Origin: Balamuthia mandrillaris
Lineage: Eukaryota
Reading direction: 5' to 3'
NCBI GenBank assembly: GCA_031835245.2
Contig: JAVKOQ020000030.1
Span: 1 to 64,000, forward strand
DNA length: 64,000 bases
Within the stretch, counting starts at the first letter, position 1. The number at the start of each line of letters is the position of its first letter. The position numbers and the translations under genes were made by a program. The notes beneath the pieces were generated by a model that was not told the DNA's origin, ran no database searches, and saw only the letters and a program-made list of their open reading frames with translations. Positions 63,599 through 64,000 of this stretch are shown in pieces.

Positions 63599-64000
63599 AT
63601 GAAGCGAAGTCGAGCTGTGTACGAGCGGGAGCGACGAGCCAAAAAGAAACGAGAAAGGGAGGAGAAGGAAGCAGAGGAAAAGCGCCTGCGTGAGACGGAG
63701 GAAATTCGACGGAAGAGGGCTGCTGAGGCTCAACGGCGGTATCAAGCTCGAAAAAAATAACGCAAGTCCTGTGGACTTGTTTACAGCTTCCACCAATGCA
63801 GAACAAAGCGAAGAGGGAATAGCAAGTTCCGAGAAAGAGAAAACCACAGCCGATCTCTCCGTACCAAAGGTGACAACCATTGAGGAGGTAAACAAGCTGA
63901 GAGGAAGAGCTCTTGCGGTGCAAATCGCTCTCTATGGCCTGAAAAAACGTTACAACGGGGACAACACAGTTGAGGGCCAGAAGAAGCGGTTAGCAGCGTA
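63599..64000 (+). CDS. Possible 5' part of a gene with a basic/charged helix; frame broken at an A-run (~63755)
   Basis: MKRSRAVYERERRAKKKR..RRYQARKK, then a plausible continuation in another frame; truncated by the window edge. Confidence 0.3.

Overview
Intron-rich eukaryotic DNA. It looks like a protist, probably an amoebozoan, inferred from gene content and microsatellite-filled introns; I cannot identify the species. The window has two parts. (1) About 1-20 kb is a decayed mobile-element cluster. It holds a spliced tyrosine-recombinase (YR) gene fused to a telomere-binding-type (telobox-like) Myb domain, and a second, unrelated zinc-finger/YR/chromodomain gene. Three short CCCCTAACCCTAACC telomere-like motifs sit exactly at element junctions. 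There is also a ~150-bp tandem array and two back-to-back truncated Ty3/Gypsy elements with many CpG-type mutations. (2) About 20-64 kb is gene-dense: a P-loop ATPase, Gfo/Idh/MocA oxidoreductase, Swt1-type HEPN protein, acyltransferase-3, GST, Rab7-like GTPase, calcineurin-B-like protein, SNIP1, two tRNA-Ala, COQ8, a PH-coiled coil-WCA protein, PRIM2, ARMH3, SPC25, a TKL kinase, an MDR oxidoreductase and three BTB-BACK paralogs. The best candidates for new biology are a YR element family that may target telomeric repeats, and a 177-nt Pol III tRNA-like RNA whose anticodon loop is replaced by a 112-nt structured domain carrying a C'/D' K-loop. All domain calls come from motif recognition by eye; no database searches were run.
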